Shown: positions 41,467 through 56,500, counted from the first letter of the stretch. The stretch: 64,000 nucleotides of DNA from the human T2T-CHM13v2.0 reference genome, Homo sapiens (GCF_009914755.1 NC_060935.1), one strand, 5' to 3'. Translations and numbers: made by a program. Notes: generated by a model from the letters alone, not told the origin.

Positions 41467-44400
41467 TTATTCTCATAAAACACATGGTAATTCTTCAATA
41501 AATGTTAGTGATTATGATTATGATTATTTGCTCCTTGGCTGGAATGGCTGAGTGAGCAGTTCCATAATTTAATAAACTTAATACTACAAGTGTGTTTTTG
41601 TTTTCTCTCCTGGCTGGAAGATTAACTGCTAATCTTTGGATTCCCTAAAAATGATATTAATAATGTCTTCATTTATTTGTCTAATTCATAAATATTCACT
41701 GTATGCCTACTCTTTATACAATTTTATTAGTTGCTGGGTAATGCAGGGATAATATCTTCATGAAATCTTTAATTTCACAAAGAGGGACTGGTATACAACT
41801 AGCTCTATTATGATGTAGAATAAAATGTGTGCTTTAACTCTCACCTAATCATCATAAACTGTGGCCTGTAACACTTCACTTCTTAAGAAATCTATAATAC
41901 TCTTTCAAAGTTCAACCCAGGGTAGGATCTATGGGAAAGTTTTGCCACTTTCCTGGCAACCTAACCTCAACCTTCCATGGTCAGGAAAAGAGAAGGAGGG
42001 TTAAGTGGGAGCTGTTGTTTCATTGGAAACCACGTATGTGTTTACATGGTGCTGCTTTGTGGCCTCTAGAAGCCTTCCCAGCCCCTCCCTTCCTTTCTCT
42101 CTTCCTCCCTACGATTGTGCGATTGTGTGGCATCGCCGGCATCTCCTGGAGTTTGCTCATCTGTCCTGCTCTCCCAGGGCAGGGTGAGCGAAGGCTTAGC
42201 TGTGACAATCTAGTGCCCATTTTGTTCAACTTTGCCATCTCCTCTTCCCGGAACTCAGCTGTTTTATTTGTAAAATAGGCCAAATTAGATTGGAACTCAG
42301 GTCATTGGATATGTAGCATTCCCTTCTATCCATTACAAACAGCACTAATGAATCAACGCATTCCTTTTGCTGAGCCTGAACCCACGCAAGCCTTCACAAA
42401 CTCAATACCCACTTCCAAGCAGCTCCACCAAGCTATCAGACTTGGATCCAGAGTCAGATGATCTCCAGGCATCTTTGGTAATGACAATAATACTCTCTGA
42501 CCCCCTTAAAATGTTTTTTAAGGCACTTTTAGGTAGATAATCTCATAAGCACTCTGAGAGTGGGGTGGCATCTGTTATTTTTGTCCCCTAACCTCACTGT
42601 GCTCAGCTCTCAAGTCTCAAGGAAAGCTCAGCAAATATTTGAGAACTGAAAAAGACCCTGCTCCTCCTGACCCCTCCTTCTGATCTTTGCTTCTATTCCC
42701 TCACCAGTATGTCTTTTCACAGTCACAGGTACTAGTCTCATTCTCACTGCCTGTTTGACCTGGAATTACGTGAGCTCATAGGTTCATCTAGTCCATCCCT
42801 CTGCTCCCAAATAGGCTATTTCACATTCCAGCACTGACAAGTGCTGAGCCTGTTGAAGAAGGACAGCTGTCAGGCCCAAGAGCCCTTTCTTGGAATGCCT
42901 GCTGGTAAAACCAAGATCATTGGGCCTGTTTGTGGATGACTAGTTGGCTTAAAGGATTCCAAATCTTGCCTGTGGATTTTTCTTTCTGAACATATCATTA
43001 GATCTGAGGGTGTGCCAAACCAGCTCGGAGGCAAGGCTTTGTCACTGCGCCTTTTCATTCATTATTATTTCTCAGGCAGATCTATTTCTCATTGACTGGG
43101 GCCTCTTGGGCCCCTCCCTTGCCTTGTCATGCTCAGAACAGCCTGTTTGGCCGCCCTCCAGGGACCGCACTGGCCCAGAGGTGCTGTCGCCTGCCTCTCC
43201 TGACTGGTGGGGACAGGCCTGAGCTAAGGCTGCCTTTGTTCTTTCACAGTGGGTTATTTTCCCTTGGGCTTGGATGGCTCAGCAAAAGTTACTGGACGCT
43301 CGGCAGGGTGGGAGCCCTGAGCTGCACAGTTTATATTGGAAACTGTGGACATTGTTCTGGATCATCTGCATGGTGCCAGCATTTTTCCTTTTTGTCTGAC
43401 AGGGTGAATAGTATGGCATGGGAATGGGGTGGGGATAGGGTCAGGCACGAGTCCATGCAGTCTGCCTTGCATTGCGCAGAGTTCTTTCCCAGCAGTGCCA
43501 ATGCCGGCTCTGGCAAAGGAGGGGAGTGACCCAGGGAGGGCGTTGGTGAGACCGCTGTTTAGACTCAATCTTTAAAACCATAGACACCTTCAGGCACAGG
43601 CAGGACAAAAGGAAAAGAGAGAGGATGACAGGGAAACAAAGATGGTAATAGATTTAGGGGCATAGGAGAGAAGGTAGAAAATGAGAAAGTGTTTCTTCAA
43701 TGAATCCCTTCTAGATATTACTCTAGTCATCTCATTTGAGGTCCTACAGCATCTATTATATATACCAAATCTTTCACTCCCTACTGTATACAAGTGTGTG
43801 ACTTAAATTCCGCTCTAGGCTTGCTTTCCCCTCAGAGATTCTCCTACTCTTTGGCCTGAATTCTACTTCACAGTGAGTGTCCATCAAAAGCTCTTTGCTA
43901 TACTGTCTCCCAGCCTCACTTCCTAAGCATTCTCAGAGCTTCCACTCCTGAGACTACGTGGCCTCCCTTATCGCATGTCATCTACCTCAAAGCTGCCAAT
44001 TTACTTGGGGGTAAATCAAATCCACTTGAGCCACAAATCTCATCAATGCAGTGAGTTCACTAAAGAGTTGGGAGTAAAGGCATTATCCCAACACAATTTA
44101 TGGCTGCAGTCTTGCAACTAGCTCTTCTCTTTTGACTTTGCTACCTTTCTCCTAAGTCTATGCCTCCACCTTGCATTTCCCTTGGTGTGAAGCTATCTTT
44201 TAGCTCTCTCTTTTCCCTTCTGACACTATTTGACAGTGAATATTTCCTGTGCTAACCTCTGGAAAATAAATACATGTCCTTCCATTTGGATAGCACTTTA
44301 GAGTTTACAAGATGTTTTCATAAACCTCATTGTAGAAAAATCTTCACAACGATCTCATGAAACTCAGATTATAATCCAGCTGATTTCTGCACTTTAAATC

Positions 44401-45821
44401 TAGGTTGTTTTCCCCCATGTTTAATGACCATCTACCTCTCAGGAAGAACCAGGAACTCTTGCAGAGTTAGGACAGGGAATGGGGAGCTGGGTCTCTGAGG
44501 GTGGGGTAGAGGGTGAGAAGGTCTCAGCGGGTAGAGGCCTTGGTGGTGAACAATGCAAATCTTACAGAAAACTTTTTACTTCAAGCCACCCACATTTTTT
44601 TTTCTTTCTCAGGCCCCAATATTTGCCTGGTTTATTTCATTTTCTCTTTTGTAAACCACAGCTTCTAACCATGGTTACTCTTGATTTACTCATTCATTCC
44701 TTCATTCATTCCCTTGCTCTTTACCCAACATTTCCTGGTGTCTACAACATTCCAAGCAGTGGTGCTTCTCTTTCCTGTGGAGAAGCACAGGCTGCTGCAC
44801 AGCAGTGGGGCTGAGGTTCCTGTCCTGGGAGCTGGAAACAGCCCCGTGGAGAATTCTAGCAAAAGGACGTGAAAGGGCCCCTCCTCTGCAGCAGATCAAC
44901 TTCCCTGTTTTTCATGGACATCCTCTGGCAAAGATTAAGACCATATGTTTTTCTATTAATATACATAAGATTGAGGAAAGACGTATCTTCATTCCAGAGA
45001 AGCACCCAGAGCCCTCCGTCTTCCAAGAATTCCTCAGCCGGAAGCTCAATGTGGTGGTCATGCAGCTACTCCTCTTTCATGTGCCTTCCACACATGGCTT
45101 CCACAATACCACACCTCTTGCCTTTCCCTCAATCTCATTGGTTGTTGCTGCTCAGAGGCTTTGAAGCTTTTTCCTCTTCACATTGGAGGGCTCCAGGACT
45201 CAGTCCTTTGTCTTCTTTTCTTCCCGAACTACCCTCTCTCCCTCGGTGATTTCATTTGCTCTCATGCCTTTAAACACCATCCACATGCCAACAACTCCCA
45301 CATTTATTTCTCCATCCCAAATCCAGGCTAGCATGTCTAACTGCGTAACCGACATTGCCACTTTGATGTTTAATAGATATATGAAGTTCTGTATGTCCAA
45401 AAGAAGCTCTGAGTTTTTCCTCACAAGCCTACTTTGCCCATCACTTTCTCCATTTCAGTTGATGGCCACTCTACTTTACTAGCTGCACAGGCCAAAAGCC
45501 CTAGAGCCATCCTTGACACCTCTCTTTCTCTAATTAACACATAAGTCATTGGCTCAACTGTAACCTAATCCAAAATATGCTACTTCTTATCAACTCCACC
45601 ACTAGCATCACTTCCCAGGTCACCATTCTCCCTCCCAGTTTGTCACAACACTTCCTAACCTGTGTCCCTGCCTCTGTCCCTACCCCCTATAGTCTATGCT
45701 CAACACAATTGCCAGAGGAATCACTTTACATGTAAAGCGAATCATATGACAACCCACTTTTCCTCCAAATTTTAATGGCATCCTTTAATACTTGGGATAA
45801 AAGTCAAAGTCTTTACAATGG

Positions 45822-46339
45822 TGAGTAAATTGATTGCATAAACAGCTGCAATTATCCACCCCTTCCTGTATCTGCCTCCCTTGCAAAGCCACTGTATAGC
45901 CCCTCCCAGCAAAAGGTGGAGTCTATTCCTCACCCCTTGAATCTGGGCAGGCCCTGTGATTTTCTTTGACCTGCAGAATGCAGCATAAATGACAATGTGC
46001 CACCTCTGGGCATCTTGGAACCCTGCCGTCCCCATGTAAACAAGCCTGGGCCAGCCTTCAGGATGATGAGAGACATGTGGTCTAGTCACATGTCCTAGCT
46101 GGCAGCCAGTCAACAGTCAGATATGGGAATGAGACCACCCCGGACTAGCCAGCTTTGAGCCAAGCCAACACCTGATCCTCAATGTGCAAGACCAGCTGAG
46201 GTAAGCTGAGCCTTGTCAAGATCATCAGAGTTCAGCTGAACCATAGATAGTCTTATGAGCAGTAGAAGATGCTTATTGATTTAAGCCGCTTGATTTTTTT
46301 TTAAATACAGAATTATTGTGGCAAGAAATAATGGATATA
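45822..46339 (+). mobile_element. MLT1H/F-type solo LTR inside the L2
   Basis: Perfect 5-bp TSD AATGG at 45817-45821 and 46340-46344; GGTGGAGTCTATTCCTCACCCCTTGAATCTGGGC motif. Confidence 0.8.
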
Positions 46340-47040
46340 AATGGCCTATAAGGCCTTATGTGATCCACAACTCCCCTTACAACTCTGACTTTATCTGCTA
46401 CATTCCGGAAGGCTTGGTCACCACGCTGGAGCCACAGCGGCCTCTTGCTCTTCCTGGACTACACCAAGCACGCTCCAGCCTCTGGGCCATTGCATTTGAT
46501 GTTTCCTCTGCCTGGAATACTTTGCTCCACATACCCCCATGGCTTCTGGCCTTACTTCCTTGGAGACCTGCTTAAATGACATGCCAGCAAGAGTGATATT
46601 TGTAGTATCTTTTAAACATTTTGGCATGAGAACTGACCAATCACAACAGCCAAGGGTACAGGGCAGGATCAGGGACCTGGCTGTCCCCTCCTGAGCCAGG
46701 AATTTATCTTTTCATGGCTGAGCTGGGGGAAGTATTCCAAAACAGGAGCCAGGACAGCCAACGTGGTGGACAGGGCAGCAGTAGAGTGGCTTCAGGCCAT
46801 GCTTGTCTAACAATCGGTAAGGATATATTTTAATATTTCAACAGTAAGTGTGGTGATCAGCTCTGATGATCAGGGTGGTGTCTCCACCACTCTGGCCTCA
46901 TCCCCCTTATCCCAGAGTACTCTCTAGGTCCCTTATTCTACTTAATATTTCTCTAAAGCACTTTTTATTGCCATCCAACATATAATATATTTTTCTATTT
47001 ATTTTCTCATTACTTTTCTATACTTCTCCTCTTTCTAGAA

Positions 47041-47241
47041 GACTGCTATCCAAAGAAAGTGTCTGTAATGATGGAAATATTCTATTTCTGAGCTGCCCAA
47101 TAGGGTAGCCATGGCCACATGTGACTACTGAGCACCTAGGATGTGGCTCTGAGAAAACTGTGCTTTTAATTTTATTTGATTTTAATTACTTGAAATTTAA
47201 ATAGCTACATTAGCTAGTAGCTTCCATACTGGACAGCACAA
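47041..47241. mobile_element. MER3 hAT fossil inside the L2
   Basis: ATGATGGAAATATTCTAT...GCCACATGTGACTACTGAGCAC...CTGGACAGCAC; TCTAGA on both flanks. Confidence 0.75.
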
Positions 47242-48044
47242 CTCTAGATTGTTAAGTCTCATACAGTAAGAACTTTAAAAAATTTTTATTCACTACTATA
47301 TCCCCAGTGCCTGGAACAGATGCTGGCATTTAGAAGTTCTTAAATACTTAATTGCTGAAAGAATGAATGAAAATGGTGGGTGGGAGGGCAGTAGATTGCA
47401 AGAGGAGGTGTCCATGCCAAATGCTTTGGTGCCCTTTCAAGGCTGTGACTGTAATGGAGAGTGGTTTGGGGGACATCGAAGGTGGCCTTCTCACCTGCTC
47501 CCCACGCCAGCTTCCCAATTTGGTGGGATATAATGAGTAGGGGAAGATGCCATATCTGGATCAGGATGTATTGATTTCTCATGCTCACCCCAACCAGTCG
47601 ACAAATGGGCTAGGCAGAAGAGAATATTTTCTCTGGCCTGTCCTTGTGGAATACCAGTGGCGGGGGGGGGAAGAGGAACTCTGTGATACTGAGGCTCTCT
47701 AAGCTCCAGTCCTTACGGATGCCTGTGACGGAGCTCATGCTGCAGAATGACTCCCCTACAACCACAGAAAGAGCCCACTCTTCAAACTGTTCTTTCCACT
47801 GTCCTTATGAGGACAGGAGGCTCAGCAGAGACCCACCTCCACACGTGTCTCAGGCAGTGCTCACCGACTCTGGTGACACAGGGAACCAGACCCAGGCACA
47901 CCAACAGCAACAGATTCCCTGTCATTGGTGTCTGCATATCCAACTGCTGAACAATATTAGATAATATCATGTCCTTACAATGCCATTCATCTTGGCAGTG
48001 CCTCTTTCACTTTAAAAAGTTTTCTATTAAATTATAGAAGATGT

Positions 48045-48336
48045 GGCTGGGTACAGTGGCTCATGCCTGTAATTCCAGCATTTTGGGAGGCCGAGGCGGA
48101 GGGATTGCTTGAGACCAGAAGTTTAAGACCAGTCTGGGCAACTAGTGAGACCCCATATCTATCTGACAGAAAAAAGAAAAAATAGCCAGGCGTGGTGGCA
48201 TGTGCCTGTAGTCATAGCTACTGGGAGGCTGAGGTGGGAGGATCCCTTGGGTTCAGGAGCTTGAGGCTGTAGTGAGCCATGATTGTACCACTGCACTCCA
48301 GTCTGGGCTACAGAGTGAGACCCTGTCTCAAAAAAA
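48045..48336 (+). mobile_element. AluJ element
   Basis: Dimeric Alu; TSD AAATTATAG(A/T)AGATG at 48029-48043 and 48337-48351. Confidence 0.94.
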
Positions 48337-49656
48337 AAATTATAGTAGATGATAAATTATGTGATCACCCTAACTATAATGCATCAGGCATTGTTCTAAG
48401 CACTTGACGCATCTTTTGACACTGACACCTTGTACATAGGGCAAATATTACCTCCACTCACACTGGAACCACAGAGGCTAAAAGATTGGTCTGTTAATCT
48501 GGGAATCAACAAGTTTAGACCTTGGCAGTGCCTGGGTAAATAAGCAACGGAGCCTCATTTCCCGGAGCCTTCAGGAATGCAACACAGGCTGAGCACCTCC
48601 TGCCACCTCCTGAAAAACATGTTTCTAGTGGACAGGAGGCCCAGACAGGGAAGAGTGTTTTCCCATAGCAGATAATCACTTCTCTCTCAAGCAATCAACC
48701 ACGTGATAATTTCTAGGCTGAAAGCATGAGGCTGCTGTTGTGGGATCAGTTCCCATATCCAGTAGAACAATACTTACACTCTGGCCTCATTTCATGAGAG
48801 CTGATGTTTCTCACATGAGAAAATTCGAAACTCTTGGAAGGAGATGGAACTTTCTAGGGTGAGTTCCAAAGAAAGCCAACACAGGTCCTGCTGCACAGCA
48901 TAAATGGAGGGGCTCAAGCCCCCTGCAAACATGACACCTTCTTGATGAACTCTGGGCATGTCAAGCAAGGACTGAGATGTGAAGGGCAAGCCAGAATGTG
49001 CCAACCCGCAGTTGTGTGATTCAAAGCAGAATCTAATTAACTCATGGAGTTGGATGGTTTCCAGATTCCTTATAAATGTCATAGAAAGGCAGAGGAAACA
49101 ACATGGCTGTAATCCCTCTTTTTTTTTTTTTTTATTTTTCTTTTGAGTCCTTTTTAAAAGATGCTTTCAGCTCAGTGTATCATTGAAAACACTAACAACA
49201 GCTTACCGTTGAATAGCGCTTTGTAACATTTAAAACGTCTTTCACATCTGTTATCTCAATGGATCTGACACCAACCTTATGAGGTAGACAAGTGTGTTAT
49301 TAATAACTTTGTTGTAAAAGCAAGGGCACTAGGGTTCAGTGAGGTTAAATGATTTGCTCAAATTTACCTGTATTATTATAATAGTAAGTATCATTTATGG
49401 AGTGCTTAAGTGTTCTATATACATTATCCCATTTAATGCTCACAGCTCCCCATGAGGTGGAGACGTTCTTCTCCCCAGGACCACAAGGTTCTGAGCAGAC
49501 GTGCCTGCCCACAACCAAGTCACCAGCTGGGAAGAGGTGGAGCTGGGGCAAGAACTCAGAGTCCCCACTCAGAGCCCAGCGTAACTTGAAATTTTGTACC
49601 CTTCCCAATACATGAGGGAAGATGTATGTTTCCAAAGCATTGTTTAAAATGAGAAA

Positions 49657-49806
49657 GACGGAGCGCAGTGGTTCATGCCTGTAATCCCAGCACTCTGGGA
49701 GGCAAAGGCAGGAGGATTGCTCGAGACCAAAAGTTTGAGACTAGCCTGGGCAACATGGTGAGACCCTGTCTCTAAAAAAGAAATAAAAATAAAACGTAAA
49801 TAAAAT
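49657..49806 (+). mobile_element. Alu left monomer (FLAM-like)
   Basis: Single arm with an (AAAAT)n-like tail; TSD AAAATGAGA at 49646-49654 and 49807-49815. Confidence 0.88.
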
Positions 49807-52144
49807 AAAATGAGAGGAGAATTGTCTTACTGAGAAGGCTGAGACTTTTACTGGGCAAAGAAGGTGGGCTAGAAGGAATCCCAGGGGTGGGATAGGAAGA
49901 AGGAGGGCAAGGGTCTGAGAGGTGCCGCAAGGGTGCAAATGATGCTGCTGAAAACTGTCAGCATGAGTCCTCGTGGGGCCAGGGACACAGCCTGCTCCCC
50001 GAGGAAGGGGCCACATCGTCTTATTGTCCCAGAACCCACTGTGTGCTCACTAAATACTTGCTGGATAAATGGAAGAACAAATGGGTCTTAAATTCATGAG
50101 CAATATAAGAAAAATATGAAAACATTTTGACAACTACTTAATAAAAAATTAATAAATAATCATATTTGATGACTCCTCTGTACCTGGGTAAATGCTGGTT
50201 ATTACTGACATGCCAGGTGCTTGGTTAAGGACTTGCCAAGCATTATCTCTTCTCCTTATGTAATAATCTCATCTCATCTCAGTAGGCTATAAACATGAAA
50301 TGAATTTATTATTATTTTAAAATCACTGTTTCAACAGGGCTTGGTGGCCATTTCTTCCAATTCCTCAATGATATTTTGGGCACAAGGTATATTTTTGGGT
50401 TGCTCTTTGTTATTGAAATGTCTGTCTAGTTTCAAACCTGAAACTCAGTTTGAAGCTCACTTTCTCCTTTTCATCTAGCATAGGCTACCTGGGGATAAGG
50501 TGGGGCAGGCAGGGCATGGCCCAGCTCTAAGATGCTTCCCTACCACCTCCTTTTCAAGGGCTAGTTCTTCTGGTAGGAATGGGGGCAGATGATGAGGGAA
50601 ATTGAGATGTGATCTTCTGTAACTGGCCATAGGGTGGTGGCCAAGTGTCCTAGGCCCTGTGGTAGTTTGTTCTGGTTCTGTCTGCTCCTACTGACTCTGC
50701 TGTAGAGTAGCAATATGAGGGTGGGATGGGCCAGTGTAAACACTTCACCTTGACTCTTCAGGATCAAGGACCCTTCAGAGAGGGGACCCATGCTTCCTAT
50801 CCGCCCCTCCCATATGTCCACATTCCCAACCCTTTCTCCATGTAGGGCTTTGCCTTATTTGGCCACTATATGACTCCTATGTTCTCCTGTAAGCCATGGA
50901 CCCCTTCTAGTAGGTCCGGAGAACCATAGGGGTCATCATTCCCGTGCTCCAGTGGTCAAACAGGATAGATTGAAGGCTTCCTCCATCTTCTTCCCTGGTG
51001 TAGTAAACCAGGGTCCCTTCTTACCTTGCTGAGGCAGGCTCCCTAGCAAGCCTACCTCCTTCAGAAATCTCCAGAAAGAAGTAGCACCAGTTTCTATGTT
51101 TATTTAGATCTCAACACTTCAGGGTATATATGGCAAACCCTTCCTCATTGTTCTCTGCTTAGTTCTTGTGGCAATAACAGGTGGACTGCAGATTTTGCAT
51201 TTCAGCAAGAATTTAGCAAGGTGATAAGATACCAGCTTCCTCTTTTTGTAGGTACTCTCATATCCGTGAGTGATTCTCTTACAACATCAATGTTTCCCTT
51301 ACCTTTGGGGGAAGTACACCTCTCTACCCTTCCCTCTTCCTAACCACTGATTGCACAGAAGGCCACAGACTTGACTCTCCCTCTTTTTTCTCTTCCTTTT
51401 CCCCCATCCTCTTTGTGTAGACCAAGGGGGATAATGAGATACAATGCTAACGGTTGGATTTTCCTATGCCAGTCCTGCTTCCCTTTAGAAAGCTAGGAGT
51501 TAGGGGAGAAAGGGTGATGGATTACTTCAATAATTAGAGGTACACCCTTCTAGTCTCTTTTAGCTTCATTTAGGTGCAATTTATATGCAATCCAATGAAC
51601 CCATTTTAAGTGTGTATTTAAGTGTGCATTTGAAAATTTATGTGACTGTGTAGCTACCACCATATTCAACATATAGAACATCTTCATCACCCTTGATATT
51701 TCCCTTGTACCTCATCCCAAAGTCTCTTTTCAGTTTTTTTTTTTTCTTTTTTTTTTTTTGGTCTATGGTCTCTAGTTGCTCCTTTGGAGACACGCAATGT
51801 CCTTTAACATGTTTAACAAAATTTTGATATTAGTAGGTAATATTTTTATTTTTCAGAAGATGAAACTGAGGCTTATACCAAATTACTTTTCCAGGGAGGG
51901 ACAGGAGAAAAGCATTAGCTGGGAGAGAAGGCTAGAGTAAAAGATTATGAGACCGTGTTGGAAAGATGTGCTGAGATAAGGTGGATCTGACCTTCTTGTG
52001 GCAGACATAAGCAGGGGCCCAATCACAAGGACCTTCATGGGCCATGCTGTGCCAATCTTTTAGTTCTGGAAATTAAAACAACCTCCTATGTCTAGTTAAA
52101 GTTTAATTTTTCTATGCCAAAATGATGTATGAACAGATAGATAC

Positions 52145-52146
<2 letters not shown>

Positions 52147-52196
<50 letters not shown>
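52147..52196. repeat. (TG)16(AG)9 microsatellite
   Basis: Read directly from the sequence. Confidence 0.97.
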
Positions 52197-52197
<1 letters not shown>

Positions 52198-52909
52198 ACA
52201 GGTGGAGGGGGTGTGTAGAAGGAAGAGGTGGAGGGAGGGAGATAATGAGAATGATTACATATGGGTGCTCTTGGCAAATATCCCTCATCCAAAAATATCT
52301 CTCATTGGTCTGTCAGCTGCCCCAAATTGTTTTACCATTGGAGAATTTATCCTTCTTGTACCAATAAATGTGGTAACGAAAAAAAAATACCCAGGACGCA
52401 CGACTGGCAATCAGAAAATCAAATGTTGCCTTAATGCTCTCATAAAAATCTGTTAATTCTGTCCAAGTCATTTCTCTTCCCAGTTTCTCATAAACCTCAT
52501 TGGTAAAATGTGCATAATAATAGTTGCCTTAATGGGGTAAAAGCTCTTGCAAAAGTAAGAGACATGTTAGAGCTGGTCTTTGGTTTTCATGGCTGGGACT
52601 TGATTCTTCTTTTTGCAATCTACTTTCTTTTAGATCAAAGAAAGGCCCAAAAGTTACTGCTGATTTGTTATTTAAATAAAGAGCAAATATGTCTCAAAAT
52701 ATAGAGGTGATATTCAGAGTGATTTTTTGTTTTCCCTAAAGGATATTTATTTTATCCCTTGTCAAAGCAAGAAGGGAAAGGAAAAGAAATTTAGTTATCA
52801 GAGAGATATGCTGAGAGGAATATTCTTTTTTACTATAAAACTGTAGGGCAGCAGCTAGGTGACCTCTTTTACATCTCTAGCTCTTAATAAGCATAGAGAA
52901 GTAGAGAAT

Positions 52910-55900
52910 TTTAAAAATATTTAAATTAAATATTTACACATACAAAAGAATATTAACAGCATGTAAGTAAGGTATTTTTAAAAAGACAAAAATGAACATC
53001 TGAACACACCACCACAGTGTAAGAATGAAATATTTAGCAGTAGGTTATTAAGCCCTCCCTGATTAATTCCTCTCCCTCCCCAGAGTTAACCTCTAACTGG
53101 TGAACATTGTATTTGTCTTTCCCAGAGCTTTTTTTAAAACCACATATGATAATATTATTTGACTTGTTATAAGTGGACTGATACTGAATGTGCTATTCTG
53201 CAACCTGCTTGTTTGGCCCAGTTTTACATTTGTGAGATTTATGTATATGGCTGCATGTCATCTCACTCCAGAGATTTTCGATTCTGCATAGCATTGCATT
53301 GTATGACCACAGTTTGGTTACTGTCCTTCTGTTGGTAAAACTTTGGGTTGTTTTCCATATTTTCTATTATAAACAGCGTGGTATTGAACATTCTTCTTCA
53401 TGTCTTCTGATGCATATGAGCAGGAGTTTTTCAAGGTCTTAGTCCTGGTAGTGACACTGTCAGGCTTCAGTAGGACATGCTCAACTTTACTGGGTAATGC
53501 CAGGTAGGTTCCAGGATGATAGTGCCAATTTAAACTCCTACGACAGTGTGTAGGGGTTGCCATTGTTCCTTGATCTTGCCAATTGTGTATTCTCAGGCTT
53601 CTTAATATTTTCCAAACTGGTGGGAATAAAATGATATCTCATTGCGGTTTTACTGAGGAGGATGAAAATATTTGCATGCCTATTTACCATTTGTTTTTCC
53701 CATTTTCATTGCATAATTTGTTTAATTCTGATGCAAGAAATTTAGCAATTCCTTATATATTTTGTGAATAATAATACTTCACTGGTGATATGTTGCAGCT
53801 CCTGGATTTTCTTTTTATTCCCTTTGTGTTGTCTTTTCATGAATGGAAAAGACATTCTTTTCATTAAGGAACAAAATTCTTAACTTTAACATAATTGAAT
53901 TTATCAATCTTCTTTTACAGTTGGTATGTATCATAGGAAGTCCTTCTCTAAACTGAAGGTGTATTCCCTTAGATATCACTCTAAAATTTTATGTTTTGCC
54001 TTTATATTTTGCCTAATGCATTTATCAATTTAGTTTTAAATGCACTTGCCATTTACCTTCATGCATTAATCAATTTAGAACTGATTAGGTTAGGTAGTAA
54101 TTCAGTTGCATTATTTTCCATAAGTATAATTCACTGTCTGCACCATTTACTGACTAGTCTCTCCTTTCCTTACTGATTTGCAGTGACCCTTCTGTTATAT
54201 GTAAGGAGGACCTATACATTCAAGGCTGCTTCTGGGCCCTCTCCATTGAACTGTTTGTCTCTTGCTTGGTCAATACCACCCTGTCTTAAATTTCATATAT
54301 TTATACAATTTATACCTTTATAGAGTAGGGTAATCCCTCACCATACCACATTCTTCTTCTATAGGACTTTTTGGAACTTCTTGGCCTTTTGTATTTCCAT
54401 TTAAATTTTACAATCACATTCTCAAGGTTTATGAAAATCCAATTGGGATTATAATTGGAATTGCGTTAAATCTATACAGATACACTAAGGAGAAATGACA
54501 TCTTTGCCACAGTGAGTATTCCTGATCTAATTATTTAGCTTTTAATAAAGTTTATAATTTTTTCCACAAAGTTCTTACATCATTCATTAGATTTATCCCT
54601 AGGTATGTTTTTATATTTGAAGATTTTACAAATGGCATTTTCAGTTATGTATTTTGATCTGTATAGCCAGGTATATTAAAATACAATTGATTTTTTTATA
54701 TTAGTTTTTTATCTATAAAGCCTGCTAAATTTTCTTATTAATTGTAATGTTTTTCTGTAGTTTCCCTTGGGTTTTTTATATAGCCAGTTACATCAAATGT
54801 GAAAAAATGGTAGTTTTGTTACTTTCTAATCTTTTACATGTTTTACATTTATTTAATTTTGTGTTATTTGCATATCAACTATGACCTCCAATACAGCATT
54901 GAATGTAAATAGTAATAATAATTCTTATCTTGGCTTGGTCCTCCTGATCTTACAGGGAAAGCTTTAGTGTTTTACCACTAAGTATTATGTTTGCAATTAG
55001 TTTTGTTGCTGTCACTCTATATGAGGTTAAGACAGTTTTCTTCCTAGTTTGATAAATTTTTTTCATGAGTGTGTGATAAATCTTACATGATTGTTTTCTC
55101 TATCTGTTAAGATGATTGATGCATTCTCTCCTTTCACAAGCTAACGTGAGAAATTACACCCTGTTATTAGGATGCTGCAAATACTGGCTAGCTGTTTTCC
55201 CAATACATTCCGTTTCCTCCTGGGCGCACAGCAAAGCTGTACTTCCTGGCTGCTCTTGCAGTCAAGTGGCACATGCAACTGAGTTCAGGCCGGGGGACTG
55301 TGAGCGATGTACTCCACTTCCAGGCTTGGGCTACTTACCTCCTATGTGCGGTCCTAGCTCCTTGTTCTTCTTCCACAGCGGATGTGCATGAGCACAGGAC
55401 TTGGATGCTACTTACTGAAGGTAGTAAAGCCAGAAGATGACAGATACCTGGGTCTCTCAGTCTCTCTACACGGCTCACTCATTTTGGACTTTTCATGAGC
55501 AAAAAGTAAACTTTTATCATGTGAGTCAGTATACGTTTTAAAATTTAGTGCAGCAGTTAGCCGACCCTATCCAGTAAATAGGAAAAACCGGAATTGATCT
55601 TAATGTATCATCTTTTTAAGCATTGTTAAACATGGCTAAATTTAGTTTGCCAGTATTTTCAGTGTTTTACTTAGGATTTCTTGGAACTAATTGCATGAAT
55701 GAGACTGACCCATAATTTTATTTTTCTCATATTGTCATCAGTTAACCTTCAAGATTATGCTAGCCTCATAAACTGAGTTGGGGAGTATTTCCTCTTTTCT
55801 GTGCTCTCAACTAGTTTGCAAATGTTAATAATTATTTTTTTCCTTTAATGTTTAGTAGAACTTTTTCAGCTTGCTTTATCTGCATGGGAAGATTTTTTTT

Positions 55901-56500
55901 AACATGGTTTTTGGTTATTGGCCAGGTTTTTCATTTCTCTTAGGTAGGTTTTGGTAAATTATATTTTTCTAGGGATTTGTCCATTTTATCTAAGTTGTCA
56001 AGTTTTTGACACAAAAAGTTCCTCATATCTTCTTATCTTTTTAATCTCTATCAGATAAATGCTTTGGCTCCTTTATGTACTTTCTCTCTTTTTTATGGAT
56101 CAGTCTTGCTGATGATTTGTTGATTTTGTTAGTCTTTTCAAGTACTAAATTTTTGCTTTGTAGATTCTCCCTTCATTTCTGCTCTTTATAATTTTCTTTC
56201 TTCTGTTTTCTTTGTCTTCATTGATTTTATTTTTCTAATCCTTAATTTCAATGTTTAGCTCATTAATTTTTGAATAGTTGGCTTTATAATGAATAAGTTT
56301 AATGCTAAAATTTTTTCCCCAAATCACTTTACATCTCATTATGCTTAAAAACAATATTTTACTTATTGTTTCATTCTAAATATTTTAAACTTTTACTTCT
56401 TTATTTCTTCTTTGGCCTATACATTACTTAATTTCCAAATGTATAGTCTTTCTCTAGTAATGTGTTATAATTTCTCACTTAATTTTGCTGTGATAAAAAA
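52910..56500 (-). mobile_element. Ancient L1M(E) relic interrupted by an MLT1J-like LTR (about 55160-55580)
   Basis: T-rich antisense L1 motifs such as GATTATGCTAGCCTCATAAACTGAGTTGGGAGTATT and GGGATTATAATTGGAATTGCGTTAAATCTATA; boundaries approximate. Confidence 0.7.

Larger units (their letters stand above)
45080..47371 (+). mobile_element. L2 3' portion split by later insertions
   Basis: L2 motifs resume across the inserts; ends CCCCAGTGCCTGGAACAG...GAATGAATGAA. Confidence 0.75.

Noticed and set aside
41931-43568. ORFs of 115-145 aa (also 2860-3252 and 36659-37045) as host gene exons
   Set aside because: No recognisable homology or convincing exon structure; a non-coding exon cannot be excluded by eye
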